This document shows positions 50,521 to 62,698 of a DNA stretch of 64,000 bases, in pieces. The stretch is taken from positions 3,720,001 to 3,784,000 of the forward strand of contig OU015568.1 in NCBI GenBank assembly GCA_907165135.1. The letters are read 5' to 3'. A program made the translations under genes and the position numbers. The stretch comes from Oikopleura dioica (lineage: Eukaryota > Animalia > Chordata). Under the pieces are notes generated by a model, which was not told the origin of the DNA, made no database searches, and saw nothing but the letters and a program-made list of their open reading frames with translations. Position 1 is the stretch's first letter. The number at the start of each line of letters is the position of its first letter.

Positions 50521-52905
50521 ATGGTCCTTCTTGCCGCCGCAGTTTGCACAAAGTCGGGCAAGGCTCTTGTCTCCCGCCAATTCATCGAAATGTCTCGAGC
50601 CCGAATCGAAGGCCTTCTCTCTGCCTTTCCTAAATTGATGAGCTCCGATTCGAAGCATTCTTCCAAGCAACACACTTTCGTCGAAACCGAGAGCGTCAGA
50701 TACGTCTACCAGCCGCTGGAGAAGATGTACGCGCTTTTGATCACTACGAAAAACTCCAATATTCTCGAAGATCTTGAAACGCTCAGACTTTTCTCGAAAG
50801 TCATCCCAGAATATTGCCGGTAAGGAAAAAAGCTAGCTTCCTTCTTGACTTCGCTTCTTGCTTCTTTATTTCTGGTGTTTTAGGAAAAGGTACACTTATG
50901 GAGGGCGTGTAATGTACAAAAGGTGGTGAGAGTCTGTTTTATGACATTTCAGTTACAGATCTCCTTATCGACAGTTATCATTTATCAGTTATCAAACGTG
51001 ATGTTTTCTCGTGAATTTTTTGTCAGTCGTGAATCACGACTCGTGATTGCTTATGCACTTATCAAACATTTAATATTTTGAATGATTTTTTATCCGCCTG
51101 TCCTCTTTTTACAAAAAATTCTAGCACAATTGACGAGACTGAAGTGTCGAACAACGCTTTCGAGCTCCTTTTCGCCTTCGACGAAATCGTCGCCCTCGGC
51201 TACCGAGAATCCGTCAATCTCAACCAAATCCGCGTCTTCACCGAAATGGACTCGCACGAAGAAAAGGTGGCCATCGCCATGCGAAAGTCACAGGAAGAAG
51301 CGGCCAAAAAGCAGCGAAAGGAGCAAATGGCGGAAATCGCGAAACGAAAGCGCGAAGCTGGAAAGGGCGGCCGCTTCGGTGGCATGTCCATGGCCGTAAG
51401 TAGCACCGCATGAAATCGTTTTTTTTATCTTTTTCAGTGGGGAAAGAGTAATTCTTCCCAAGCGAATATAACGGTATAAAAGCTAAAACTTAAAACCTCG
51501 TGTTAGTTGTTCGCTTTTTTATAAAATATAGAATGGTGGTGAAGATTTTTATCGAATCATATTTTAGCTGGTAGCAAAGAACATTATCCCAATCGTCAAG
51601 TTTCTTTTAGTCCATGAGCGGCGGCGGTGGAATCGGCGGAGGTGGCTCTTCCATGGGATCGTCTTCATCTGCCGGGGCTACTGTTGAGCCAACTGCTTCC
51701 AAGCCCACAAGGCCCAAAGCATCCCGAGCCGGTGGAATGTCTCTCAAAGGTTTCTTTCTCCTTTAATAGCAGTTCCTTATTCTTTTTTTAGGTAAAAAGT
51801 CTGGAATCGACAGCTTCGTCGACAAGCTGGCTAATGAAGGTGTTGCTGTGAGCTCAACTGCTGTGAAGAAAGAAACTACAAAAACACAAATCCCTGCTGC
51901 TCTTGTAAGTCAAGCCTTTTCTCCTCGAGCGTCAAATCGCTTTTCAGACCGAGTCGGTTCACATCAGAGTTGAAGAAAAGATCCAACTCCAGGCGAACAG
52001 AGATGGCGGCTTGGATGAAATGATTCTTCAGGGAATGATGCTTCTGAGAATTTCAGGTCGGAAAAAATCGTCCTCTTTCCCTTCCAACCTTTTTTAGACG
52101 AAGAACAAGCAAAGATCAAGGTCAGACTCGACCGAGATGACGACCGAGTCATGTGGCAGACCCATCCTCAGGTCAACAAGAACGTTTTCAACTCCGAGTC
52201 GATTGTTGGACTCAAGAATCCCGACAAACCATTCCCAGTCAGTAAGTTCTCCATCGTCTCGGGAGCAATCTACAATCACTTTTTAGACCAAGATGTTGGC
52301 GTCCTCAAGTGGCGACTCCAGACTCAAGACGAAGACCAGATCCCATTGAACATCACTTGCTGGCCGAATGAAAATGGAGACGGTGGATGTGATGTTTCTG
52401 TCGAATACGAGCTACAGGTTTGACCGACTCCTACGACAATATTCTTCATTTACTTTGATTTAGGATGTTCACCAACACCTTGAACTAGCAGATGTCACTA
52501 TCAGAATTCCAGTTCCATCAGGTGTTGGCGCTCCTATCATCAGCAACATCGACGGGGACTACAAACACGACGCCAGAAAGAACTTCCTCGAATGGACTCT
52601 CCCTGTCATTGGTGAAATAAGCTTGAAAGAAAACCGAATCAAACTTTTATTCATTTAGATTCTTCAAATGCTAATGGCTCGCTAGAATTTTCAATTGCTG
52701 GCAATCCAGACGATTTCTTCCCAGTCTCCGTATGCCCGTTTCAGTCCGATCATCATCACTTAAACTTTTCTAGGTTGAATTCCACTCGACGAAGAAGTCA
52801 TTCATCAATGTCGCTGTCAGTGGAGTCGTCGAAGCCGATTCCGGCTCACCGGTCAAGTTCTCGAACGAAAACGCCCTACTTGTCGAGCGATACGAAGTCG
52901 TTTAA
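50521..52905 (+). CDS. ARCN1: Coatomer subunit delta (archain 1)
   Basis: [40 protein letters not shown]; [17 protein letters not shown]; [30 protein letters not shown]; ends VERYEVV*. Confidence 0.97.
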
Positions 52906-53629
52906 TTAACCCGACAAATATCAGCTGACGAACTCTAGAGCAATTCTTAATATCATGCAACTAACCCTCCTTTCTGTTTTCCATAGGTGCAATATCTCCT
53001 GCTTTCTACTTGTTCAGTCTATTTCCTTTCATCTTATTCTAGTAATCTAATAAATAAATGCATATTGAAACATATTATGAAAGAAAACGAAGATTTTGGA
53101 ATCGGAGTTTGTTTTATTCAAAAGTTGTCATCGAATAAGTTTGGGGAGAGTTTTGGAGGAAGATTTTGAATTGAGCGGCTAAGAAGCGAGCTTCGGTTTC
53201 AGTCAACTCAGGATACATATTTTCTATCAGTCGATTTATCTTCTCCAAGTTTTCGTCAAATTTTGCGAAACCTGAATCCATTTAAGGCTCTTTCTATCTG
53301 CGTTTCTTACCAGTAGCGCAGAGGAAAAAGGAAAGTTTCATATTTTTCGACACGTGTTGAAAATACCGTACCAGATAATGAACCTCTTAGTATCTCTGCT
53401 AATATACATTCTGTACCTCCTTAATAATATATCCATGAAACCAGGGATGCTATTATGCGGGTTCCAAGAGAGAAGATGGATGTCAATATTTGATAGATTT
53501 GGTCGCTAGGTCCATTTTCATGGGAGACAAGATATAGTTTAGCTTTTCAAAAATTCCTGAGCTCATAAATTCTTTTCTATCGAAAAAAACCATCGAGGAA
53601 TCTATCATTTATTTCGCAGGGAATAAGAA

Positions 53630-53824
53630 CTATTCATAAATTCTCATTTTCTGAGAGTCTTCCCATCTCGCTTGAGCTTCTCGAAGGTATGTCCTAAATG
53701 TTTTCAAGATGTAGTCAGGGTACTCTTCATTGACATATGCTTCAAAACTCTCATCATCGCTCACAACCCCGCTAAAGAGTACAAAGAAAAGGGAAGTGGA
53801 TAAAATCATTTGTTTGAATTTTCC
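53630..53824 (-). CDS. First exon of a putative small secreted protein of unknown function; downstream exons unresolved
   Basis: MILSTSLFFVLFSGVVS signal-like start followed by an acidic segment. Confidence 0.3.
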   Translation of the reverse strand, partial: GKFKQMILSTSLFFVLFSGVVSDDESFEAYVNEEYPDYILKTFRTYLREAQARWEDSQKMRIYE

Positions 53825-54007
53825 ACTTGCCCTTTCGATCTTGCTTTTTATATTCAATTTTCCATGTTGATGAAATTTTGAATTTTTAATTTTATAAACA
53901 GGGGTAGAAAAATAAGATATTTATCAAACGTCGTCTTCTTTGTTATTTATTTGAGTATGGTTTGGCAGGTGGTAATATATTTGAATAAATAAAATTTCAT
54001 TTTGTTT

Positions 54008-55970
54008 CTACTTTTCTGGTTTCTCGTAAACATTTATTCCCATAAGATCCAGGACGGAAATAGTGTTGTTCACTCCTCTAGCATTTCTTTCGCTGTAAAT
54101 GTTCGAGGACCAGGTCGATGCAAGAGAGCGGATGAAAAAGGATGATTTGAATACAATTTCTTGCTCTAGAAGTGAGAGCATGTCGTCTTTATGTTCACGG
54201 AAGTATTCACAATCTAAGATGTTTTTCATAAAAAGGAGGGGACAAAGATCTTACCTGGGTATTTTTGAAAGACGAAACTTTGCACGGCATCTTCCATTTT
54301 TACGATGACTTTTTGCTCGGCCAATTTTTCTGAAATCGCGTTTCCAAGTGGAATTTCAATCGGAGGAAGCGCGAGAAACACGTAACGGAAATTATGCTCA
54401 GTGGCGAAGTCGAGGATTTTGCTCGTGAGGGGTGTTACATCGGAGACTTTTTTAAGGTTTTAAAATTGATAATTTACAATTTTTTTCGTAGAAATAGTTC
54501 TTAGATTTTGAGAACCGTTCGTAAAGGGTAGAATTCTATACAAGCTCGTTCGTAGCTAAGAATTCCCGCTCTTCTTTTTCGCTTTTCATCGGTTTTTATA
54601 TATTTTCTGCAGCGATTTTTGCTCAAGAAATCTTTTCGGTCATATCTTACGTCGGGTTTATGAAGCAAGTCATAATCAACATTACGATTTTAGCGTATAA
54701 TTGCTTATTTCAACCCTTTCCCTCCAATGAATCGCCAAAAATCTCGTATTCATTTCTTCTTCGATAAATTCTTCCGCCATTTTTTGAATATACTCCGGCC
54801 TTGGCGTTGCTCTAATGATTTCATTCCAGAGATCTTCATCTTTTTCACTTCTTTCAATGAATTTCGAGCGGTAGGGATGTGCGAATATGGAGCAGCTGTA
54901 CTTTTGAATTCGCGCTGGCCAGTTATTTACATAATCAGCGTCGGATTTAATCATTCTAGAGGGTGCGACGGGTTGGAAGCGCGTCACGTGGGCTTTGTCG
55001 ATTCCGTGAAAATCGTAAAGTTGAGGGAGACGCTGTTCTTTTTGCAATTGGAATTGATTTGCGGAGTCTGAATTAATGCTTTTTGAGGGGCGAAAAAATG
55101 ATCTAAGAGCGAGCTAAATTTTTCCTAAGAAAAAAAGCATCGATCAAATGAAAATCATTCAAATGACGAACCTGGTGTAGCATCAAGCAGTGCAATTTCT
55201 TGATCTTTGCATCTTCTGCCAAATTCCTCCGGAGAAACACTCGACAGCAAACTTCCGTCCAACTTGATTCTATGCTTTGGCTCAATTACTGCCTTCGAAA
55301 TAGTAAAATGCTCATAAAAAAGTGGAAGCGTCGAAGAAATATTAAGCTTTATTGCCCAGAACAAGCCTTGGCGAAAATCGACAATTTGGTTGTTTGGTCC
55401 ATTAGAGACGAAGTGAGACACGATGCGGTTTTCGTCGAGTTTGTATTTTGGGTGAAGGTTTTTCGTAAAATTTGTACCAAAGTCTGGACAGGGTTTTCTA
55501 GAGGGAATTTTTCTTTCATCGCTTTCTGGCAGGTCTTCAGGAATTTCAGATTCATCATCTTCCTTATCTTCATCAACGCTGATAACTTCTAAATCTTCGT
55601 CGTAAATTTGACTATCTTGGTCGATTTGGATCAATTTTCTTGGCTGCAAAAGTCTTTCTTCATGTTTTTCTGCATTTGGCTCTTCTGTTACGGAAGAACT
55701 GGTTGTTGGCTTATCCGTTGTTGATTCTACCTCTTCTGCCTTTTCTATTGAAAAATTGTTAAGAGCATTGATAATTCGATTCGATGTTTCTTCATCATCG
55801 CCTAAGAAATTTTCGGCTTTTTCCGCCTCTTCTTTTTCAATTTTCTCTAGTTCCTTCAAAGGGTTGAATTCTTCATCGTGATCTTCCAGTGCAGTAAAAA
55901 GCTTTACATATCCAAAGTAGAGAATTACAAGCACTATAATTCCGCTGATGAGATTTTTATGCCGAATCAT
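54008..55970 (-). CDS. O-fucosyltransferase-family (O-FucT, GT-B) type II Golgi protein
   Basis: N-terminal signal anchor, acidic stem, SNGPNNQIVDFRQGL..AIKLN, RFLAIHWR, and SLLEQEIVFKSSFFIRSLASTWSSNIYSER, typical of O-FucT-like proteins. Confidence 0.75.
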
Positions 55971-55999
55971 CTTTTTCCTTGCTTTTTCTCTCTTATTTA

Positions 56000-56540
56000 A
56001 TAAGTTTCATTTTTCAACGATTTTTGGGCGAAGTGCATTTTCATTCGGTACCTCCTATATCTGGAAATTGAATTTTTCTTGCGGTCGAAAGTCGCCCGGG
56101 GCAGCACCACAGAGTGATTTTTATGAAAGTAGAAAAGGAGCCATCAAAATGAGCATGAACGTCATCAATGTTTTGGTCATGGATGTTTTAAGGTCAGATC
56201 GGGGTTTATGAGCAACCTGAGTTACCGCAAATTGGCCGAGGAAGACGGGCTCTTTATTGAGTTTTTTCTCCTTGATATGCCAAAAACCCATTACAAGAAG
56301 TAGCTTTACTGAAAAAACAAAGTATCTCAATCAAAAACATCTTAAATCCAAGGATAATTCCAAGGGATTTATCTCCAAATGAAATGTTGGAAAAAATTTA
56401 GAAGCTGTGACCCTATCACTCCAGCAAAATTACGTAATGGAACTCTGGAAAATCTACTAGAAAACCGTGCAGCTAGAAATCGCCCGCGGCCAATTTTCAT
56501 CCTTGCGCCGTATTTTCGCCCTGCACCGCTCATGGCTCGT
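56000..56540 (-). CDS. Possible small membrane protein with an Arg-rich, mitochondrial-presequence-like start; structure unresolved
   Basis: MSGAGRKYGARMKIGRGRFLAARFSSRFSRVPL upstream of hydrophobic ORF 56121-56330 (KTLMTFMLILMAPFLL). No homolog recognised. Confidence 0.25.
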
Positions 56541-56588
56541 CGCCATCATCCCTCTTAACAATTATCTAAAAAAATATTATCAGAGAAA

Positions 56589-59238
56589 ATGTTCGACTTA
56601 AAAATTTTATATTTCCTCTTTGGTTTCTTTTGCATGCACCAATTTAATTATATTTTTGGAACTGGCGATGCAGCTGTGAAATTTTTCGGCAGAGAAAATA
56701 AATTTGAGAAGATAGACGAATACGTAGAGCCCTGTCCGACAGAGTTGCCTGTAGAATTAAGAGAAGAAGAAACGCCAGAAGATGAAAAGGAAAGATTTTA
56801 AATGACATTTCACAAGAATATTTTTTCGGTAAAACGGATGAGAATCACGTGGCGAGCGCATGATCTAATGCATAACATTTTCTGATGTCAAATGCTCTCA
56901 ACAGTTAGGGTTAGGGTTTACACTAGAAAATCTCAAAAAAGGTCGTTGAAACAGCAGTTAACCTCAGCGACAAATTACAAAAATATGTCAAGGAAAAAAC
57001 GTATATTGAAAATCCGAAGAAAAAAAGCACTTATCTTCACATACCAAGGTTAGTCATTGAATTTTCTCATGTGACATGTCTATTCGGGTTAGGGTTAGGG
57101 TTAGATTTGGGCAAGAGCAACTTTGTAAGAAAAAATTTGAAATCTTTGAAAAGAAACCTGATAAAGTCGCCGCCCTCAAAGAAAAACTCGACAAATATGT
57201 CCAAGAAAAAAAAGATAGAGAAAATGCCAAGGCCGCAAAAAAGGCAAAGGCGTCAAGAACTTACGAACACATTCCTAGAAAGCCGGAAATCGGCAAGAAA
57301 ATCAGTCCGACGAATCCACCCGAGCTTCAGAAAAAGATCGATGAAGCTCTGGCGAAGAAACCGAAGACTCTCGATCCTCTGATTGTTTCAGAACACGCGC
57401 TGAAAAGATCGTCAACGGTGAACATTGCTTCAAGCATAATGCAAGCTCTTGATGTGAGAAATACGAAGATATACCCGGAGAGAAGGCTGGTTTCGCATGT
57501 TTCAAGCTGTTCTTGTAAATCGAAGACGATGAAAGTTTGGGACTTCGATGAAATTCTAGAAGGTAATTCGAATTGAAAAAAATTAAGTCCTTGATGAATT
57601 TATTTCTAGGTGAAACGAAAAGAAAACAAATCCGAAACAAGCAGTATCAAAATTATCTTCAAGACAACTACTTTGAAACTCATGCTCCTCCTCTTCTCCG
57701 GGGCCAGCCGAATATCCCTCTAGAATACGTCTCTTTTGGACTTCAAACTGAGCCGTTTTCGTCTTTTATCCTACCGCTGAAAATTCATCTTGATGAAAAT
57801 GAAATGGTCACAATTAATATTGCTTGCTCGGTAAGCCCAAATATAGATTACTCTTTTCAGTAAAGTCTGTATTTTAGCTTGGAACAGTCACAAACAGCGG
57901 TACCAAAGAAAGCGTCGGAAAATTCAACAAAACTCCTCGCACCTACACCCCTCGTGTTTTCGACGCTCGGCGAATGACCGACATCTGCTACTTCAGAGTA
58001 ACGAGACTCGCAACATCTGAGAAATTCGTGGCAAGCTTCCCAGTTGAGATTCGACGGATCAACTTGCCATGGCTCGCGCCGAGGACGGGAAATGAGTTCA
58101 AAGACAAAGTTACAGTTGTTGCGAAGAGCTTCATGAGATATGCATGTCTCGAAAGATTTTTGGATAGTCTTTTGGTGAGTCGAGAATTTAGTTATTACTA
58201 ATAACTTATTAGTAATAACTTATTACTTATCATTACGAATAATTCAAATTGGGTTATCATTAGGGTTAAGTTTTCTGACATCTTTATTTTGAATTCTGAT
58301 TGGCCGAGTGGGAAGATTCGGATATCTGATTGGGCTTAAAATTTGACCATAATTTTGGTCAAAAATCATAATTTTTTTTTCTCAATTCAACTTTCTTTAT
58401 CAAATTTTTCTTCAGAAATACTACCCCGGAGTGGAAGTCATCATTGCTGACGACTCACCCACCGAAGTTTACAAAGAAATCGACACAAAAAAATACCCAA
58501 CTGTTCGTCAATACCAAATGCCTCCCCATAGCGGCTGGTTCGCTGGACGAGGCCTTGCAATTTCGCAAGTCAAGACTGAGTTTTTCCTTTGGATGGATGA
58601 TGATTTTGTTGTCGAGAAAAATACGTCGTTGGATTATCTTCTGGAAGTGATTGAAAGCACGGGCTATGATTTGGTGGCGGGAACGACGACGAATGCTGAT
58701 GAAGGTTGGGGAAAATATAACAACTTTGATATCCAAAGGTAATTGGCAATTACTAATTGCGCTTCCTCGTTTTCTTCCTTGATTTCATCGCGGTTTTTAG
58801 AACAGAAAAGGGTTTCTGCTACGCTCGACGAGAAACTGATCACCTTCCGATTCCCGGCTATCCAGGTTGCATGGCCATGGATCTCGTGAGGAACTTCTTC
58901 ATCGCTAGAACTGCTACAGCTGGAAAAGTTCGAATGGACCCGCATTTTATCACGACTGGACACAAAGAATTCTTCATTGATTCTATTGGAAAATTGAGAA
59001 TCGCCGGGTAAGTCAATAAATCAACGCCAAGAATGACTATTTTTTTTGAAGCTGCTCGGATGTCGTTATAACCCACGATCCACAAGGCTGCGACGGTCGA
59101 ACCGAGGAATATGCCCAGTACCGCTTTCCAGAACGAACTCCCGAGTTAGAAGAAGAATACGAAGAGCGCGTAACGCGACTCTGGCATCATAGAAGTTTCA
59201 TCAAGTGCTACGAAGAACATTACCCAGTTTATCAATAG
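56589..59238 (+). CDS. Beta-1,4-N-acetylgalactosaminyltransferase (B4GALNT1/2-like, GT12)
   Basis: KVTVVAKSFMRYACLERFLDSL; VEVIIADDS; GWFAGRGLAISQVKTEFFLWMDDDFVV; DLVRNFFIART; HKEFFID..GKLRI. Confidence 0.85.
56905..57104 (+). repeat. Two short interstitial (TTAGGG)n tracts in adjacent introns
   Basis: (TTAGGG)2 at 56905-56916 and GGG(TTAGGG)2TTAG at 57086-57104. Confidence 0.75.
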
Positions 59239-59409
59239 CCATCCTTTATTATTTTAATTTCTAATTTATTACGGCCATTTATTTTGATAAATAAATGCCT
59301 TTTTAGTCAATTGTCAATACTAGAAACAAAATTTCCTTTCCGCAAACACAGTTTTTTTGCTATTGAAACAGTTAATCATTTATTTCTCTCGAATAAATCA
59401 AAAATGCAG

Positions 59410-62120
59410 TCAATTGTATGCGTATTCTTCGTCATTTGTTGCATCGATGACATCTCTTTTTGACTCAATGAAGTGATTCGGAATGCCGTAAAAGGTTTGG
59501 CCCATTTTGGACAGGAACATTTCAGCAGCTAAAAACTAATGATGCTTTCAGCGAAGATAAAAATCATGATAAATTAAGGACCCCCCCTCAATAATTTTCG
59601 AAAAATCTATTTTCCGGATTGGAAAATTTTGACCCCGGAAATGGATTCTACGGGTCAAAAAACAATTTTGAGGCTTCATTTTTTGGGTGTCTATCTCGAC
59701 TCTATCCCCTCGAAATCGCGTTTGAAAATTTGACTTTTTGACGAAAAATGACGAAAAAGTCTCAATTTTGCTAAAATTTCAGATTTTAATTAGGGGGCCC
59801 AAAGAAGTATTTATGATGAATTAAACTTCCAGGGACATTCATAAGCCAAAATATGGCTGTTTTGAAATTTTCGATTTTTTGAGGAAAATTGTTGACGGGG
59901 GAGGGTCCTTAAAAGTGACTGCGTTTTTATTAGTTGAGAAAACTTTTTCCTGAAGTTATCGACCAAGGAATAGATTTAATCTTATTAATAATAATCATAA
60001 GGTCATCTGAGGGTTTGTTTAACAATTTCGTTCATGCGCTTCAATTATCATTTTGTCAGATAGCCGATGTGTTTATGTTTTATGTTCGTGTCTAAAATTA
60101 CTTTATAACCCCCTTTTATTAATAATTTCAGGCGCTTTTATCTGAATCATTTTTATAATTACCCAAAACCGCGTTTGCTAACTCTTCCTCCTCCGTTAAC
60201 GCAAAAGCAAAAACAAAAAAAAGCGAAAAAATCTTCATTTCAATTCGTTCAAATCGTCTTTACAGTACAATAAACACGTCTTACTGTCGTCTTTTATCCG
60301 TTGATTATTGATTCTTCTGTTCGCTCAAAATATCTTGAATAAAAGATCAGAGCTTCGTTATTTATTCGCCATAATAAGCAAATCACCACAATTTTGTAAA
60401 AAAGCTTTTTTGACGTCAAAAATAATTATTTTTTCACAAAAAGAAATAATTAAAAATCAATACACTTGTTTATTTTGTTTTATTCTAAACACGTAACAGT
60501 TGTTAACGCTTGAACGCATATTGCGCAGATTTCTGCGCAGAGCCCCTTTAAGGGGGTGGTGGTCGAGAAATTTTTTTTCGGCTTTTTAAAATTTTGATAT
60601 TATTTTTAGATTCCTTGATAAAAAAGGAACATTTTTGGTCTCTAGCTTCTTTTGATTGGACCAACTTTATTGAAGAATATTTTCGATTTTAGGCTATAAA
60701 ATCGCCATTTTCGGGAATTTTGAAACGCTTTTTTCGTACTAAAGCAAATTTAAAATTGATTTTCTTTTGCGATGTTATGTTTTTTGATCATATTTTATCT
60801 ATAAAAATCAAAAAAAATTACGATTATCTTGATGTTTTCGAAAATTTCATTGAAAAATGAGTGAAAATGATGATTTTTCAGAAATTAACATGTTTTCATT
60901 CAATTACTATTTTCTTTGTTAACAAGGTGAACTTTCTAAAACTAAGCCGCCCACACGCTAAAGGGTCTAAAATTTCCTCTCGATAAGTTTTATTTGGAAA
61001 AAAATGATAAGGGGATAGAGTTTTTAAGGTCAAGAGATGGGTCCACTTTGAAGAAATTTTTCACTATTTTTTCGAAAAAATATTTTTTTCAAACATAGCC
61101 GCCCACATAAATTGGACCCTTTTCAACTTATTTTCAATTAGAGAAAAAAAAATTTCTTTGAAAAAAATTGAGTTTTTTAGGTTGAAAAAAGTCTTAGTCT
61201 CGACCACCACCCCCTTAAAGCTCGATATCTCATACTTTACTTGACTAAAATTTTAAATGAACCCCCACTTTAGGAACTCTTTTTCGATGACGAATCCGAA
61301 TCTGGCATCGAAAAAAATTTTTGACTTCAGGATAAAAAGTTGGCTTCAGAACGAAAATTTCCGATTTTTTCGAATAATGTTTTGTAAGCATTTTAACAGT
61401 TCTGCATTGATTTTTCCGTCGATAAAAATATTTTTTCGACGCTTTATCGCATTTCTACATCGAATCAAATAGTAATTTCATCATTAATATCTATTTTGTA
61501 CAATTGTTCTTGAGATCAATGAAATAGAAAAAAATGGAAAAAACTAAGTCATTTTCGGGTTACTTCAAAAATCACTATTTTTAGCGAGGTTCAGGTTTCG
61601 GTTAGGATTTTAAACTATAATAAGCTTGTTCGCAAGCGTCTGAACTTCATTTTGGTAGCTTTGATTTTTTCAAATCTCGACCACAATCGTCGCTAGAGCG
61701 CTCTAAAGGTGCTGCGCAGAAATCTGCGCAATATGCGTTCAGCAGGAAAAAAATTTCGTGCGTTCATGCGTTAATTGTATACTCAAAAGTTCGCATACAG
61801 GTTCTTGTTTTCTTCAGGCCAAGGCTCGACAACCTGTTTTAAAAACCTGAGTCAGGGCTCTGTTTAAGCGTTTTCATAACCCTGACTCAGGTTTCCAACA
61901 CAGGTTGCCGAGCCCAGCTTCAGGCCAACCGTTTCGTTTGACATGGTTTTGACTGCCATAGAAAGTATATCCCATCCTCTCCAAAAACTCCTCAGCTTCT
62001 TAAAATGATTCTTTTATTCGAAATTTCAACAATTTTATTTTTACCTGACACAGCCATTGCTATTTTTTCCTCTTCAGTGAAGGCGGAAACAAATGCAAGA
62101 AACAACGAAAAAAACATCAT
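59410..62120 (-). CDS. 87-aa secreted prepropeptide with two homologous peptide repeats and KR sites (3 exons), not in ORF track
   Basis: Exons 62045-62120, 61930-61998, 59410-59528; both introns GT-AG phase 1. MMFFSLFLAFVSA-FTEEEKIAMAVSEAEEFLERMGYTFYGSQNHV-KR-NAAEMFLSKMGQTFYGIPNHFIES-KR-DVIDATNDEEYAYN*; AATAAA at 59379-59384. Confidence 0.72.
59578..59908. mobile_element. 331-bp TTAA-flanked MITE with GG termini (Kolobok-like)
   Basis: TTAA 59574-59577, GGACCCCCCCTCAATAATTTTC...GAAAATTGTTGACGGGGGAGGGTCC, TTAA 59909-59912. Confidence 0.8.
60507..61770. mobile_element. Outer TTAA-flanked inverted-repeat element hosting a nested insertion
   Basis: TTAA 60503-60506 and 61771-61774; ends CGCTTGAACGC/GCGTTCATGCG; perfect 29-bp inverted repeat at 60512-60540 and 61712-61740. 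Confidence 0.75.
60552..61214. mobile_element. 663-bp nested MITE with TTAA TSD and 17-bp TIR (Kolobok-like)
   Basis: TTAA 60548-60551, GGGGGTGGTGGTCGAGA...TCTCGACCACCACCCCC, TTAA 61215-61218. Confidence 0.88.
61820..61917. mobile_element. 98-bp MITE, CTGGGCTCGG family, copy 3, perfect 8-bp TSD
   Basis: CAAGGCTCGACAACCTG...CAGGTTGCCGAGCCCAG flanked by CTTCAGGC at 61812-61819 and 61918-61925. Confidence 0.9.
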
Positions 62121-62698
62121 AGTAATTGAAATTATTAAAATTATTTGCAGGAGACGAGTTTTTATACAGTTTCTGTATTACAGGGTTAATTTGATTTACG
62201 AGCGTGAATAAACAGATTAATATTGGCAAATTTGTCGATGAAGTGCAAAATCATGGTCTGCTCTTGCACAATTATTTGGAATTAGGCACAATTGAACGCG
62301 ACTCAAGCACTTATTCGGTTGCTGTTTGCCCAACAGCCAAAAACAAAGTCCTTTATTTTGCCTTTCTGTGATGTCTAAATATGATCCAACTAATTGGTAA
62401 CTTGAACTTAATAGAGTTCTCAAGAATTTGAGAAATAACATAAAAAGTATTGACGGTTCCTTGATATGCATAAAAACAGCTGTTTGCTGACACAGCTGAT
62501 TCAGTTATTTAAAAATCATTATAGCCAGTCCTGATCTTCCGAGTAACCGCATAATGAAAATCATAAAATGATGGTACAAAAACGCACCAACTTCCCAAAC
62601 GAAAAAAAAGATCAGACTTAAAAAAAATGATTGATGAATAATGATGAAAAATAAAGAGAAAAGAAAAAATCAAGACTTCAAGAGAAAAAAAACAATTA

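Noticed and set aside
60020-60045. AATTTCGTTCATGCGC resembling the right end of the outer TTAA element
   Set aside because: Too short, with no partner end or TSD.
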